A DNA stretch of 64,000 nucleotides from Carpediemonas membranifera BICM (GCA_019828565.1 JAHDYR010000024.1:132534-196533); one strand, 5' to 3'; positions 12,206 to 23,571 are shown, numbered from the stretch's first letter. Numbers and translations: made by a program. The notes: generated from the letters alone by a model not told the origin.

Positions 12206-15200
12206 CTACACTAACGTGCTATATATACACATCCCTTTAGACTCTGCACTCTTCCCTCCACTGCTTTGGTATGGCTCGTTACTCATGCATCTCTTGATCT
12301 GGTTCGTCGCTCTCGTGCTCCATTCCGATGCGTAGGAGCTCTTCTTCCTCGTCGCTTCCGTTGGCGGCGGCAAGCGCCTCCTCAAGCCTGGCCTCGAGGA
12401 CTCTGTTTGTTTCACGGAGCCTGAGGCTGGCTCTTTGAAGGCCTCCGATTTCTCGGCGATGCGCTGGAGGCGCTGGCGCTCGCTCGCTCCTCTTGCTAGG
12501 GCTTCCCTTTCCTTGGCCAGCTGGCCTTGGAGGTGGGTAACCTCGTTGTTCAGCCGGGAGACTTCCTCTTCGTAATGGCTCATGATCCGCTGCCGCTCTT
12601 CTTCAGCTCTTCGCTCCACCTCCGCTTGGAAGAGGGCTTGGATGTAGGCACCCATCTGATCGACCGTGCCCAGTCTTGGGTTTGGGGGCCTCTTCCCTTC
12701 GGGGCCGCCCGGCGGGGGCCGGTGCTCGAAAGCCTGGCTCAGAGGCATCGCCGGGGGGTTGGCCTCTTTGTGAGGCGTGAGGATCGCCTGTCCCGGGGCC
12801 GGGTGGGGGGGTTCATTCCTCTGGGAGTGGGGTAAGCAGGGCTTACCTGGTGCGCATTAGGGGTGATGATTGCCCTTGGGGGTGGGGTGGGCGGGGGTTA
12901 CCTGGCGCGGGTTGGGGGTGGGGTTTGTTTCCCCTTGGAGCCTGCTGGGGGGAGGGGGTGGCGTTCACCTTCCTTTGAGATGGGTTCGGGGTGGGGACCT
13001 GTCGGTTCTCGGTGAGCGGGCCCTCAAGCAGCCCTAGGGCCGGCCACTCCATGCCTTGGTGAATCTCGTTGGTGAGCCTCTCCCGGTGCTCTTCGAGGCA
13101 GGCTCTAAGCGCGGCCCTTGCCGCGGTCACAGCCCTCTTTTGCTCTCGCTGCGACCTGTGCCCGTCGTTGTTCTGGGTGTACGGGAAGTCCCACAGGCGG
13201 ATGGGGGGTAGTCTCATCATGGGACTGCATCCCAGGGCCAGGGTGCCGTCGTATTGGGGTTCGCCCAAGGCGCTCGGGCGGCGTCTTCCAGGCTCCCCTC
13301 CTTGTTCTACTGTGCGGATGCCCCAGTCTAGGGGAAGAACCGAGGGGAAGAAGTTGACATAATGCCTGGGCCCTCTATCTTGGCGCCGGAGTTCCGCGCT
13401 TACGATGAGTTTCGGGACGCCCGCTGGTGCTCTATCGCCGATGTTCACCAGGCAGTGGGTGAGCCGGTGTCTCAGCTGCTGGGCTGAGCCCCCATGCATC
13501 ATGTCATGCTTATGGAGCGGGACCAGCGAGGCTGCCTGGGATAGGGTCAGGAGCTCGGGGTGGAGTTTGACCGGGAGTTGCTCCATGACCCTGGGGTCCA
13601 GGGTGGTACGGTTGCCATAGAAGTCTGGCCAGTAGCCCTTCTCCCTTGCTACGCGGCGCCTACCGTTCCACTCGGATAGGAGCTCCACGACCAGGGGTCT
13701 CGTGCTTGGGCAGGAGTCCGGGCTGAGAACGGCTACGCCCCTCCTTTCAAGGACCCTTAGGATTCCTTTTCCTGTGCTGAACTCTTGCGCGGTCGTGTTG
13801 GCCATGTGGATTTCCTTCGGACGCGGCTTGGTGGTAAAGATCACGTGCTGTAGTTGCCCCAGGGGTGTGATGACCTCTCGCCCTCTATGGCGGTTGATCT
13901 CTACAGCCAGGTCTGGGACCCCGTGTCCTACTCTAATGATGGGGCTTTGTGCCCCCGTCACTTTCCCCCTCCTCGTGCGATTAGTTCCGCTCCCACATCA
14001 GCCCAGGTCCACGGGTTATACAGCATGTGGATGGCCAGGGAGAGTCTTGTGTAGAAGAGCGATACATCCGCAAGCGCACAGTGACAGTAGGCTGGTGCGT
14101 TTCTGTGATAGGGGCACAGCCCCTTGGGTTCCCTTCTCCTTTGCTGGTCGCGGGTCCAGACCTTGGCCTGCTCGGCTGCCTTCTGGACCTCCTGTGGGAG
14201 GGTCTCTCGGACCGGGCGGTCCTCCTGGGAGGGGGGGGTAGAAGAGGGTGAGGGTGCTATTGAGACGGGGGTACACCGCATCTAGGCCGGCTTCATCGAT
14301 TAGGTGGGTGGCTACCCATGCCCTGGCCGTGGAATCCGGTACGTATTTGGCGCTCGTGAGGACACTTCGTTCAGCTTCCACCCCTTTGGCAGTCAGGTGG
14401 ATGAACGCGTTATGGTGTCCTTCGAGACGCCGGAGGGCATCGATCATTTCCGCGCACCATGTGGTGCTGTTTGGGAATGTGCTTTCGAATCCCTGGGGGG
14501 CCTGCCCAGTGGTGATGTCGACGAAGGTGGCTGGGGGGCAACCGTGGAGAATTCTTGAGCTCATCAGAGCCTGGTCGAGGTCGGCCACCCGAATATCTTC
14601 GCCTAACATCCCGTGCAGACTGGCGACGATATTCCCGTTGGCGGGGTCAAAGACTATGACCGCCCCTTCGCATATGACGGCCTCATCCCCCGCCTTGGAT
14701 GCGGGTTTGGACGCTTCGAAGTCAATGCACCCGATCAGCATCCTCTTGCCCTGCGGGTTGGTGAGCGGGCAGGACGGGGGGAGTCTGCTGTTGGCTGACA
14801 GTTCTCTACCCCTTGGCGGGTTGACGTCACTATCACTGCCAGGGACTCTTCTGGCCGAGTCGTCGGCGTTGGGCCGGGGGCCATCTTGGGTACCCCCGGT
14901 CTCCGAGCCCGCACTTTCGCCGCTGGGCATGGTGGCGGGGTTCCCCCGCTAGTTGGGTTCCAACCTGCTTCGCCCCCAATGAACGAGGGGGCGACTGGAT
15001 CGCCCATGTTGGGTTGGCCAGTGGTCGGGTCGCCGCCGTTGTGCGGGGCAACGCCCAGGTTGCCCCTGGTGGGTGGGTCCGTCCTTGGGCCGCCGTTGGG
15101 CGGGCTATCACCTACACTTGCTCTGCCATTATTCGGTGGGGGGTGACCGGGTTGCCCTCGTGGGGTGGGTTGTCGGTTTGCTCGTTGCCCTTGGGCGGGC

Positions 15201-16622
15201 CGTCCCCTGTGGATTCGGTGGCGAGCAGCTTGGTACCCTGGTCCGCCATCCAGATGTTTGCGATCCTGCTAACGAGGGTGGAAGCGTCGCAGAGGTCCGG
15301 GTGGATGAACTCAGGGGCCGGCATTGGCCGGGTAGTAGTATCCCATGCGGCCCACAGCTCTTTGAAGCCCGGAACCGTCCAGCGAAGCACTAAGTCTTCG
15401 GCCTCACTGCGCGCTAGCTCGTCGCCGGCAATGTTGAGGGCTGAATCCGTGGGTGTCCTGCTAACCAACACAGGTCTGGTCACCCCATCGGTCCTGCTGT
15501 AGACAGCTATCGCGGAGAACATGCCACCTTCCCAGGGCTTGACGGCCTGTCCGTCAAGGGGGGGGAAGCCTCCTGCTGGGGGTCTGGGGCTAAGGGGGAC
15601 GGGGGCATCCTCCCAGGCCCGACCTAGGGCCGCCCACTTGTTGTTGACGTTGTTGTGGGCTCTGTCCGCACCTGGCGCTTTCGCTGAGCCGGCTGTGGCT
15701 TGGCCGCCTGCCTTGAGGAGCCAGGCGGCGCTCTGCTGGCCGAACCTTGTCCTGATCCCAGGCCCTGTGAGGCTTTGGTGACCTGCGGCCTTGAGAGTGC
15801 TGGCAACTAGCTCGAACAGCAAGGATCTAGCCGGTGGCGGGCTTGATACCTTGAAGTTGGCGGCGTTATCCCTCGAGAAGATCACTGTGGTGTTGTTGCA
15901 CTTGGCGAGGATGGAATCGGCTGCTCTTCGGACTTTTTGCCACTCTTCGGTCGTAGCTAAGCGTTTTCCAAGCTTGGTGAGCTCTGTTCCAGCTTCGTCT
16001 ACATCATTCCCCCGGCCCATGGCTTGTTGGGGGGACTTTGTGTTTGTGGCCGAAATTGGTCTCGAAAAGTCGGAGGGGGAAAGTCGGCATGAATCCCCCG
16101 GGGAAGAGCCCTCCCTGCCCGCCTCGCCTGTAGGCGCCGTTGCCGGCGCTCGTAGGCTGGGAAACCCGGGGTCAGGGAGTAATCGGCCTTGGAGGTGAAC
16201 ATCACGAAGGCCGGCCCGCATCGGGGCAGTGGCCGGCGCTGTTGGTCCTCGCGGTGGATTTTTCCAGGCCGCCTGGCTTACCCACCATGGCCTTCCGGTT
16301 ATCAGGGCGTAGTGGTATAGCAGGATGTCATTTTCTAGCATTTGGGTAGCCGTTATTTCCCTTTCTCGGCTGGGATTCTGCCACCACTGTAGCTGGTGAT
16401 CCACTCCTGGGGGAAGGGATCCTTTATCTTGCTATACCCTTTTAGGTCGCCGTACATCCGGATCAAGTCGGCGATTTTCTCGGTTCTCGTGCGCTCCTTG
16501 CGTAGAGGAGGCCCTATGGGATGCTCGGGGAGGAGATCTTCTGCTCGGGCAACGTACCCGCCCTGTGGGTTCCTGGGAAACGCGTCCATTGCCGGCCGGT
16601 GGCTCGGATGAGGAGTGTGCAT
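12206..16622 (-). pseudogene. LINE-B ORF1 (~1450 codons, frameshifted) with DEDDh/Maelstrom-like nuclease domain at ~14040-14745 and C-terminal coiled coil
   Basis: ORFs 16353..16622, 15112..16404, 14016..14930, 13958..14281, 12843..13961, 12206..12748; CIDFE, ICEGA, HGCPP, TAKGVEAE, CPYH...HCALAD. Confidence 0.7.
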
Positions 16623-16689
16623 TTTAGTGCTCCATCACCTGATCACACCATAGCCTTGTGGCGTTGCACGTTGGCCTTTCCGAGCAGGG

Positions 16690-19110
16690 GCGGGGAGGTG
16701 TGGCCTATTGCCTGAGATGCGGGGTCGGTTGCGAACCTTGTAGCCATAATATGAGTTCACCACATTTGGTTCCTGTTACACCCATTAGCCCGCCTGGCGA
16801 CTACCACCAAGGCCCAGGCATTGCCGCAGCTAAGGTTCAGCCTTCTAAGGTACCTGATTCCCCTCTTGGCCCTCATGCCGATCACCTCCAAGGCCCAGGC
16901 ATTGCCGCGGCGGAGCCCCAGACCCCTAGAGAGGGCTGGGGGTCGGATTCTTCCACCACATCGTCCTCTGTGGAGGAGCTGCCCCCGGGTCATTGGCATT
17001 GCCTTCCTCCCGCAGCGCCCGCGCCTCTGCTCCCAACCTGGTGGGATGGGGCCTCAGGAGTCCTCAACGCCGACTCTTCCGCTCCTTCCAGGGGAAAGCC
17101 GTCCCCCGCCGCCTCCAGCTGGCCCGGTCCCCTGCTTCCCCCGGTCCTCACAACGGCGAGGGCGCTGCCCCGTTTGTCACGCCATTGGCTTCCTCCCCAG
17201 CTGGGGCTCGCACCGTTCGTCAGCCTGTGGCTCCACTTGCGTCAGCCCTCGACGCTCTCAGCACTTTGGATCGCATCGCCATGGACTGGCACTCGTGTGC
17301 CTATGCCTTCGTGGACATGCTCCATGAGGGGACCGACGAGGATCAGCCTGTCGAGAACCTACAGGCCATTTTTGGCATTCCAGCGCACTTCTCAGTCCCA
17401 GATGGTTATGTATCGCAGCAGCAGGGGCGCTCTTGAGCGGGCCCTTAGGCAGTATGTCCCTTCGGTTTCCCATTTCCTTGCCGACGAAAGCCCCTCAGTG
17501 GAGTTCCTGGGCGCCGGGACTCCTCAGTAAACACCCAGGGTTGAATGGGGGGTTGAGACCATGTTGCTGCTGTTCCTTGCGGTATCTGCCTACCACTCGG
17601 GTTGCTGGGCCCCGGCATTCTCCCCTTCTCCCAGCGGGGAGCGCGGCCACAGGGCGCCATTTGGGTTTCCCTCCAGTTGCGCGTCATTCCTACTAAATTC
17701 ATGAGTTCATACCTTGGTTTCGGCTTGGTTGCAGTGGTGAGGGCCCTTGGCATGTTGCTGGGGGCTCCTCTGGACGTTCTTTGCCCTGTGGGTTGAGGAA
17801 CGTCCGGGCGGTAAGCTTCCCTTGGTCTTTTGGATGGTAATATCCCATCAGACCGCTCACCGGGGGCTCCATGCCCATACGGGTTTCGTTGCCCCAGAGG
17901 GTGCACTTTAGGGAGCACAGAGAACCAACCCAAGCACAGCGCCCGTCCGCTAGCGGGTTATACAAGGCAGGCAGGGTGGTTTCAGGGGCGACGGCTCGTG
18001 CCTCCGGCGCTCGCATCTTCCAGTTTTCTGCCACCGGCCCGTTTCGCTTCCGTTTGACTTGGTCTCAGGCGATCTCATCGAGGAGGCTAGAGAGAGGCCT
18101 CGTGCGCCCTATGGGTAGAAGTGGTAAAGAGTTATGCTGTTCCTGCTGGTATTCCCCGAGCAGGAGAACTCCCGATGCTGAATTGACCAAAATGTGGCAT
18201 TCCGCGCTATAGGTCACCGCCGCTCTGTTTTGAGCTCTATAAACCTCGAAAGAATCGCCAATGGCTATCATTCCTCGGCGCTTGGCTTTGTTCCGGTTGG
18301 TGATTCCAACTTTCCATACCGGACATTTTAACTGCGTCTCTTGGAACTGGGCAACTAACGGCAACTCTCTCCGGCCTTACATCGGAGAGGCTATCCGCAA
18401 CCACCCTCGTCAAACCCGACAAACTGCAAACACCCTGTTCCCATTCTAACACCATAAACCATCGCACCGGAGGCCGTCAAGGAGACGCCCGGTCCAGCCG
18501 AAAGCAGCAAGGAGCTGCTGGCACTTGAGGCAGGCATGGAGCCGCCATACGCTACTGTAATTACTCTACTTACCTCAGATCTGCGGACGGTGTTCCCCTT
18601 TGGGAGTATGAGTTAGGTGGCTAGCCTAGTCTAGCGTCATGGCCTGGCTATCGGGTTCTACACAGAACCGTGGACGCCTGGGGTGTCGATGCCTCGGGCA
18701 GTTTATGTCAGTCGTGGCGCAGAAATTTGGATTTCGACACGCGAGCGCGATGTCGACGCACTGCAAGACGCAGACCGGGCGGAGATCCCGAGCGAACATT
18801 GCTATGGTAACAATAAATGTTCTCCCCCCCCCCTCCGTTTGGAATGATTGTGTTATCTGTGGACCACATGGGTCACAGTTGACACCCGGGAGTGTCGGGT
18901 CGTGCTGCCTGATCCGATTCGATCGGATTCGATGGGCGCGCAAATTTCAAGGATCGTCTCGATCCTCTTCAGAAGAACGAGAATGGCTGATCCGGCCGAA
19001 GAAAACGAGCCGGGAGCGAGAACCCGCAGGCGATGCCTGTTCAGCGACGCTGTGAGAAACTTCAGCATTGGAATAAATTTCTCACCCCCCCTCTGGGTTG
19101 GTGATTATAT
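16690..19110 (+). other. Unidentified decayed segment, possibly the 3' part of an older YR retroelement
   Basis: Broken frames with weak motifs QYVPSVSHFLAD (RNase H end-like) and FWMVISHQTAHRG (YR Arg box-like); imperfect repeat 18812-18854 / 19072-19114. Confidence 0.25.
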
Positions 19111-19239
19111 GTTAGTTGGCCATGTTATATGGCAGCCAGCAAGCCTGGCAGGCTTACGTCCTGTCACAGGACCATCACTGGCACCTGCGCGCGCCGATCA
19201 ATGTGCACTTTAGGTCACACTTCGAAACGCATCGGCAGG

Positions 19240-19722
19240 ATGTCTGATAACGAAGACCTGCCGCCGCAAGACAGTCCCGATGAGCTTAACAAGCGTATCG
19301 CGAAGCTGGAGCGCTTGGTTAAGATACAATCGGAAGCAATTTTGGAGCAGCAAGCAGAAGCAGCTCGCCGTCCACTGTTCCTGGAGATGCCAAAGAGGTT
19401 CGGCCTCGAAGATGAGGCCAGATTCGTATACAAGACCATGAATAGGATCGAGAACGGCGCAAAGATGAAGGAGATCGGGAACATTCTCTTTGCAAGAATC
19501 CAGTACCTTCTAATCAAGGACGTGTACACTGACGCTACTGCAGAGCGGTTCGAGAACTATTGCAAGGCGAAGGGCGTGCCTGATCGCGACGAGGTCCTGG
19601 AACTGGCGGCCCGCGCCAAGTCTAAGGGCGATAAGCGCGACGCTAATTTTCGCCGCGGTGGCCGCGCTCAGGACCGAGGTCGCACTCAGACAGGATCCTC
19701 CGGCAAGAGAGCCCACACCTAA
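19240..19722 (+). CDS. gag: Y1 gag-like ORF1
   Basis: Short protein with N-terminal coiled coil (IAKLERLVKIQSEAI, compare Y3 LLQLEELVKTQAETI) and basic tail, directly upstream of RT. Confidence 0.7.
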   Translation: MSDNEDLPPQDSPDELNKRIAKLERLVKIQSEAILEQQAEAARRPLFLEMPKRFGLEDEARFVYKTMNRIENGAKMKEIGNILFARIQYLLIKDVYTDATAERFENYCKAKGVPDRDEVLELAARAKSKGDKRDANFRRGGRAQDRGRTQTGSSGKRAHT

Positions 19723-22408
19723 CCCTCTTTCCATGCATGAACGCGGCGTGGAGGGAGTGGCAGAGGTTGGGAGCATCACAACGGGTGATCAACTGGTTAC
19801 GATACGGGGTCGAGATCCGTCTGAGAAGTCAACCACCAGCACCAAGGCAACAGCCGACAGTCGACCCATTCATTGTCCAGCAGATTCCTTCCTTGATAGA
19901 GACAGGCGTCATAGAGCAAGTGAATCCCTCTTCCCTGCGACACACCGCCTCGCTGTTTACTGTGCCGAAGGGCGAGTCGAAGAGGATCATTCACAACCTC
20001 ACGATACTGAACGACTGCTCGGCAGAGCGCTCATCCTTCCGGCTCTACGGTCTGCGCAGAGCTCTCTCCCTTCTCCAGAGGGGCGACTGGATGGTCAAGT
20101 TCGACCTCAAGTCCGGGTACCATCAAGTACCAGTACGGAAGGAGGACCGCAAGCTGCTAGGAGTCTATCTTCCAGACGGACGAGCGTTTCAGTACAGAGT
20201 GCTAGGCTTCGGCTGGCGCGCATCGCCGTTCGTGTTTCAGACGATCACCAACCAACTCGCCAAGATACTAGCCCTTCGGACGGGTCTTACCATCGTTGTC
20301 TACCTCGACGACTTCCTCTTATTTCACCGCGACCGAGAAATCCTGAGGAGGGCGGTGCCGCGCATCAGGCGGACTCTAGCCGACCTCTGTGTCCTCACCT
20401 CAGAGGAGAAGTCAGAATGGGCACCGACTCAGTCATTGGTCTATCTGGGGCTCGTGATAGACTCCGCGAGTTTTACAATACGCCTCCCGGCGGACAAGGC
20501 CAAACGTTACTCCTCTCACATTCATCAGGCTCTGGCAGGCAAGACCATCGATCAGGAGACTTGGGCCAAGATCCTCGGGAGACTGACTTACTTCGCTACA
20601 ACCGCCCACGGGGCTTTCCTCCGGCTGAGACACCTTCAACAGGACCCACTCTCCAAGGAGCTACTGCAAGAGTGGCTGCTACTGCTAAGAGAGCGCCCAG
20701 TCCGAGACATCAGAGAACTTCAGTCGCTTTGGGGCGCTCACCCCTCCTTAGACCTCGTCGTATCGACAGACGCATCTGGAGTCAAGTGGGGAGCAGCCGT
20801 GCACGGCGAGTATGGGACCTCAGCCTCGGGCACGTTCACTCCAGAACTAAGAGCAGAATCTATCAACGTGAAGGAGCTCGCGGGAATCCTACAGGGCATC
20901 CGTCTGATCGGCAGACAGAGTTCCCAACGCGAGCTATCGATCTTCTCAGACAACACATCAGCTCTGGCCTGGCTCAACAAGGCGGGGTCTACGAAGGCTC
21001 CACCTCAGGCCCTGCACATTCTAGCCCAGATCCAGAAGGAGGCGGAGGACCGGAACCTGACACTCCGTGGACTACACACTCCGGGCATCATCAACCTGGC
21101 AGCAGATCGGCTGTCCAGAGGCTTCTCACGACTCCCTTCCTCTCTGGAGTCCAGCATGGAATCTGTCCTCGCGGAGTGGGGTCCAGTCCAGACAGTCTCA
21201 ACGGACGTAGACGTAAGGCTTGGATGTCGCGTCCTCTGGGCCCCCAATTCGTCTATGGCAGCCATAGTCCAGAAGATAGCGACAGCGAGAGTTCAGACTC
21301 AGACTGGACACCCGAGGTCTTGGACCTCAGCAGTCTTTCTCCTCTACCCAGAGGTTCAAGCGCCGGAGATGAGACTCCTCAAGAGTTGGACGTCCTGGAA
21401 ACTCCGTCTCTCCGTCCCGGCTTCGAGCTCAGATCTGGCCCACCTACTTCACCTACAGGACAGAGGACGCCTACGGTTCAATGTGATGGCGTTCAGGACG
21501 TTTTCCACAGAGTCCTCAGGTCGGACAGAGTGATTCACCTTAATCACGCGTCTGCTCGGACGGTGGCCGGCTGGGTGGCCAGGTTCGAAGGCTCTCGCGA
21601 TCGCAGCCTGTCGGATCGAGACCAGCTTGTAGCCTTCCTCAAGGACGAAGGCTCCTTCTGCGGGCCATCGAACGTGGCGAGGAAGGGCTACTGGATTGTT
21701 CAGCTACAGGAGTTCCTCAAAGACTGGCATCCGCCCGCCAACTCCAAGTACATCGTTAAGCAGGCGGCTAAGGGCGCCAGCACGGCGGGAACTACCGGCG
21801 GCTCGCGCGCCATCACCAAGGCTGAGATGATCGAGGCACTGGGGCGCCGGAGTGACGACTTTGAGTCATATCAGGCATGTCTCTTTGGGGCAGTCGCCTA
21901 TCTGACGGTGTCCAGAGGCATCGAGATACTCTCCCTATGCCCGGCCGACCTGGAGCTACTCAAGAACGGCGACATTCTCCTACACATTCAGCGGACCAAG
22001 ACCATCCTAACGGGAGTTAAGAAGCGCGTACCATACGTATGGCTATCAGCCGCCTTCAACCCGGCCTTGGCACTTAGACGCTGGGTCGAGGGCACACACT
22101 ACCTGGCTGATGACACCCCCATCTGGCGAGTCATAGTCAACGGGCGCCTGAGCAGAGACAAACCGCTCACAGCCGCACACCTCCGACGAGTCGTGAAGGC
22201 GTTGTTCGGTCCACGGACGGGTCTCCACAGCTTCCGTAAGGGGGCAGCGTCGGAGATGGCTCTATCAGGAGTCCCGCTGGAGGTGATCCTCTCAATGGGC
22301 ACATGGAAGGACGTCACCTCCCTCCGCAGCTATGTCGCTGACGCCATCAGAACAAACGAGGACCTCACCAGGAGGATGAACCTCAGCCTTCTCGGGCCCC
22401 ACTTTTAA
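19658..22408 (+). CDS. Y1 tyrosine recombinase ORF (catalytic domain ~21800-22408; frame overprints RT)
   Basis: TVSRGIE, QRTKT, HSFRKGA, GTW, RSYV = R-K-H-R-W-Y catalytic set; true start uncertain. Confidence 0.88.
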   Translation: MAALRTEVALRQDPPAREPTPNPLSMHERGVEGVAEVGSITTGDQLVTIRGRDPSEKSTTSTKATADSRPIHCPADSFLDRDRRHRASESLFPATHRLAVYCAEGRVEEDHSQPHDTERLLGRALILPALRSAQSSLPSPEGRLDGQVRPQVRVPSSTSTEGGPQAARSLSSRRTSVSVQSARLRLARIAVRVSDDHQPTRQDTSPSDGSYHRCLPRRLPLISPRPRNPEEGGAAHQADSSRPLCPHLRGEVRMGTDSVIGLSGARDRLREFYNTPPGGQGQTLLLSHSSGSGRQDHRSGDLGQDPRETDLLRYNRPRGFPPAETPSTGPTLQGATARVAATAKRAPSPRHQRTSVALGRSPLLRPRRIDRRIWSQVGSSRARRVWDLSLGHVHSRTKSRIYQREGARGNPTGHPSDRQTEFPTRAIDLLRQHISSGLAQQGGVYEGSTSGPAHSSPDPEGGGGPEPDTPWTTHSGHHQPGSRSAVQRLLTTPFLSGVQHGICPRGVGSSPDSLNGRRRKAWMSRPLGPQFVYGSHSPEDSDSESSDSDWTPEVLDLSSLSPLPRGSSAGDETPQELDVLETPSLRPGFELRSGPPTSPTGQRTPTVQCDGVQDVFHRVLRSDRVIHLNHASARTVAGWVARFEGSRDRSLSDRDQLVAFLKDEGSFCGPSNVARKGYWIVQLQEFLKDWHPPANSKYIVKQAAKGASTAGTTGGSRAITKAEMIEALGRRSDDFESYQACLFGAVAYLTVSRGIEILSLCPADLELLKNGDILLHIQRTKTILTGVKKRVPYVWLSAAFNPALALRRWVEGTHYLADDTPIWRVIVNGRLSRDKPLTAAHLRRVVKALFGPRTGLHSFRKGAASEMALSGVPLEVILSMGTWKDVTSLRSYVADAIRTNEDLTRRMNLSLLGPHF
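19737..21533 (+). CDS. pol: Y1 reverse transcriptase-RNase H with degenerate methyltransferase-like tail
   Basis: FDLKSGYHQV, VLGFG, YLDD, YLG, STDAS, INVKEL, FSDNTSA, NLAADRLSR. Confidence 0.93.
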   Translation: MNAAWREWQRLGASQRVINWLRYGVEIRLRSQPPAPRQQPTVDPFIVQQIPSLIETGVIEQVNPSSLRHTASLFTVPKGESKRIIHNLTILNDCSAERSSFRLYGLRRALSLLQRGDWMVKFDLKSGYHQVPVRKEDRKLLGVYLPDGRAFQYRVLGFGWRASPFVFQTITNQLAKILALRTGLTIVVYLDDFLLFHRDREILRRAVPRIRRTLADLCVLTSEEKSEWAPTQSLVYLGLVIDSASFTIRLPADKAKRYSSHIHQALAGKTIDQETWAKILGRLTYFATTAHGAFLRLRHLQQDPLSKELLQEWLLLLRERPVRDIRELQSLWGAHPSLDLVVSTDASGVKWGAAVHGEYGTSASGTFTPELRAESINVKELAGILQGIRLIGRQSSQRELSIFSDNTSALAWLNKAGSTKAPPQALHILAQIQKEAEDRNLTLRGLHTPGIINLAADRLSRGFSRLPSSLESSMESVLAEWGPVQTVSTDVDVRLGCRVLWAPNSSMAAIVQKIATARVQTQTGHPRSWTSAVFLLYPEVQAPEMRLLKSWTSWKLRLSVPASSSDLAHLLHLQDRGRLRFNVMAFRTFSTESSGRTE

Positions 22409-22448
22409 CCACCCCCTCCATTAAACATCCGCGTTCGAGGGGAACGGC

Positions 22449-22525
22449 CGAGGCGAGACGGACTCGCCGGCCTGGATTCATCATTAATTCTTAACTCTGG
22501 TCGAGGCGAGATAGACTCGCCGGCC
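22449..22525. repeat. Two ~24-bp direct repeats, each a GGCGAG/CTCGCC hairpin, at the Y1 3' end
   Basis: CGAGGCGAGACGGACTCGCCGGCC and CGAGGCGAGATAGACTCGCCGGCC. Confidence 0.75.
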
Positions 22526-22642
22526 CAAAGCTTTAGTCCCACAGGGACGTCTTGCGGGATTGTCCCATTTTGGTTGGATTTAAGAGGAGGGCTCTCTGTT
22601 ATAGAGCCACACTTTGTGGAGCAACGAAACCGAAGATAACTG

Positions 22643-22715
22643 CGCTCCCAGTTGGGCTCGAACCAACGACCTACAGATTAACAGTCTGCCGCTCTACCGA
22701 CTGAGCTATGGAAGC
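22643..22715 (-). tRNA. trnN: tRNA-Asn (GTT)
   Basis: GCTTCCA/TGGGAGC acceptor stem, TAGCTCAGTCGGTAGAGC D-arm, CAGAC-TGTTAA-TCTG anticodon arm, GGTTCGAGCC T-arm; 73 nt, no encoded CCA. Confidence 0.95.
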
Positions 22716-22907
22716 TGCATACCGTCGTAGACGCGATGCGTAAGTACGCCTCGGGGCGTGGTACAGGCCCAGATGGACTACCGGCCATCTGGTACAAATA
22801 TTCGAGAGAGATCGAATATTGACCAAATATTCGAATCAAATCTACGGTCCAGTTCAGACCAATTTTACCAAGGGGTTAAAACCCCATTCCCCGGTAGTTC
22901 CGAGAAG

Positions 22908-23428
22908 ATGGGCGACGCACAGCCCCCCGTGACACTGGAGAGCCTGGAGGCCCTGGTGCGGTCACAGGCTGCTACAATAGCATCACTGAGCGAGAATCTT
23001 GACGATGTCCGCACGAATGCTGAGGATGTACGCAAACCCACCAAAAATCCCAGCAGTGCTCAAAGAATTCAAACACCTGCGCGCCCTACACGGAGAAATC
23101 AAGTCAATCCTGGCTGACCCCAGCAAGGGAGACGATTGCTGACATAACCACAGCCATTAATCTTGCCGTTGAAAAGCGCCTCGAGTTCCTCCGAGTCCTC
23201 GACTCTGCCAACGAAGAAGCGGCCGCCTACTTTATCGTCACCGCCGAGGACATATCCAACGTCAAGGACCTCGTCAAGGTCGCCGCCAAGGCCAAGAAGG
23301 CCATCCCTGCCACGCGGGCTCACACATCACACCGGTTCGCCAAGCGTCCCTTCCGAAACCACGGATACAACAACCACAGATTCCAGAAAGCCTCGGGCAA
23401 CCGCAATGCGGCCCCGGGGCAGCAGTAG
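22908..23428 (+). pseudogene. gag: Y2 gag-like ORF, frameshifted
   Basis: MGDAQPPVTLESLEALVRSQAATI..DVRTNAEDVRKP, clearly homologous to intact Y3 gag 61655..62194. Confidence 0.8.
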
Positions 23429-23571
23429 TTGCCCAAGTGAGGTTATGCCATCCTCAGATATAAAAGGCACCGTCTACGTTTTGAATACAGAGAAGAATGT
23501 CACAAGAGCAAGCAAGAAGCGAAACAAGCCAGGACACATGGCACCTATTGTCCGACGCAATTTTCCGCACC

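Larger units (their letters stand above)
1..16650 (-). mobile_element. Non-LTR retrotransposon LINE-B, interrupted in its 3' UTR by LINE-A; 3' end probably outside the window, 5' end approximate
   Basis: ORF1 chain 16622->12206 and ORF2 chain ~11560->8181; the LINE-A TSD joins 8100-8180 to 1-687. Confidence 0.7.
19110..22530 (+). mobile_element. Tyrosine-recombinase (DIRS-group) retrotransposon Y1, ORFs intact, ends uncertain
   Basis: gag-like, RT-RNase H and overlapping YR ORFs in the typical order. Confidence 0.85.

Noticed and set aside
4124-16622. Programmed frameshifting in the LINE ORFs
   Set aside because: Breaks are numerous and several fall in G/C homopolymers (e.g. 14230-14238, 8483-8491); sequencing error or decay is more likely, needs read-level check
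21800-22408. Prophage or bacterial integrase next to a tRNA
   Set aside because: The YR overlaps a DIRS-type RT-RNase H; context is eukaryotic retroelements, no phage genes
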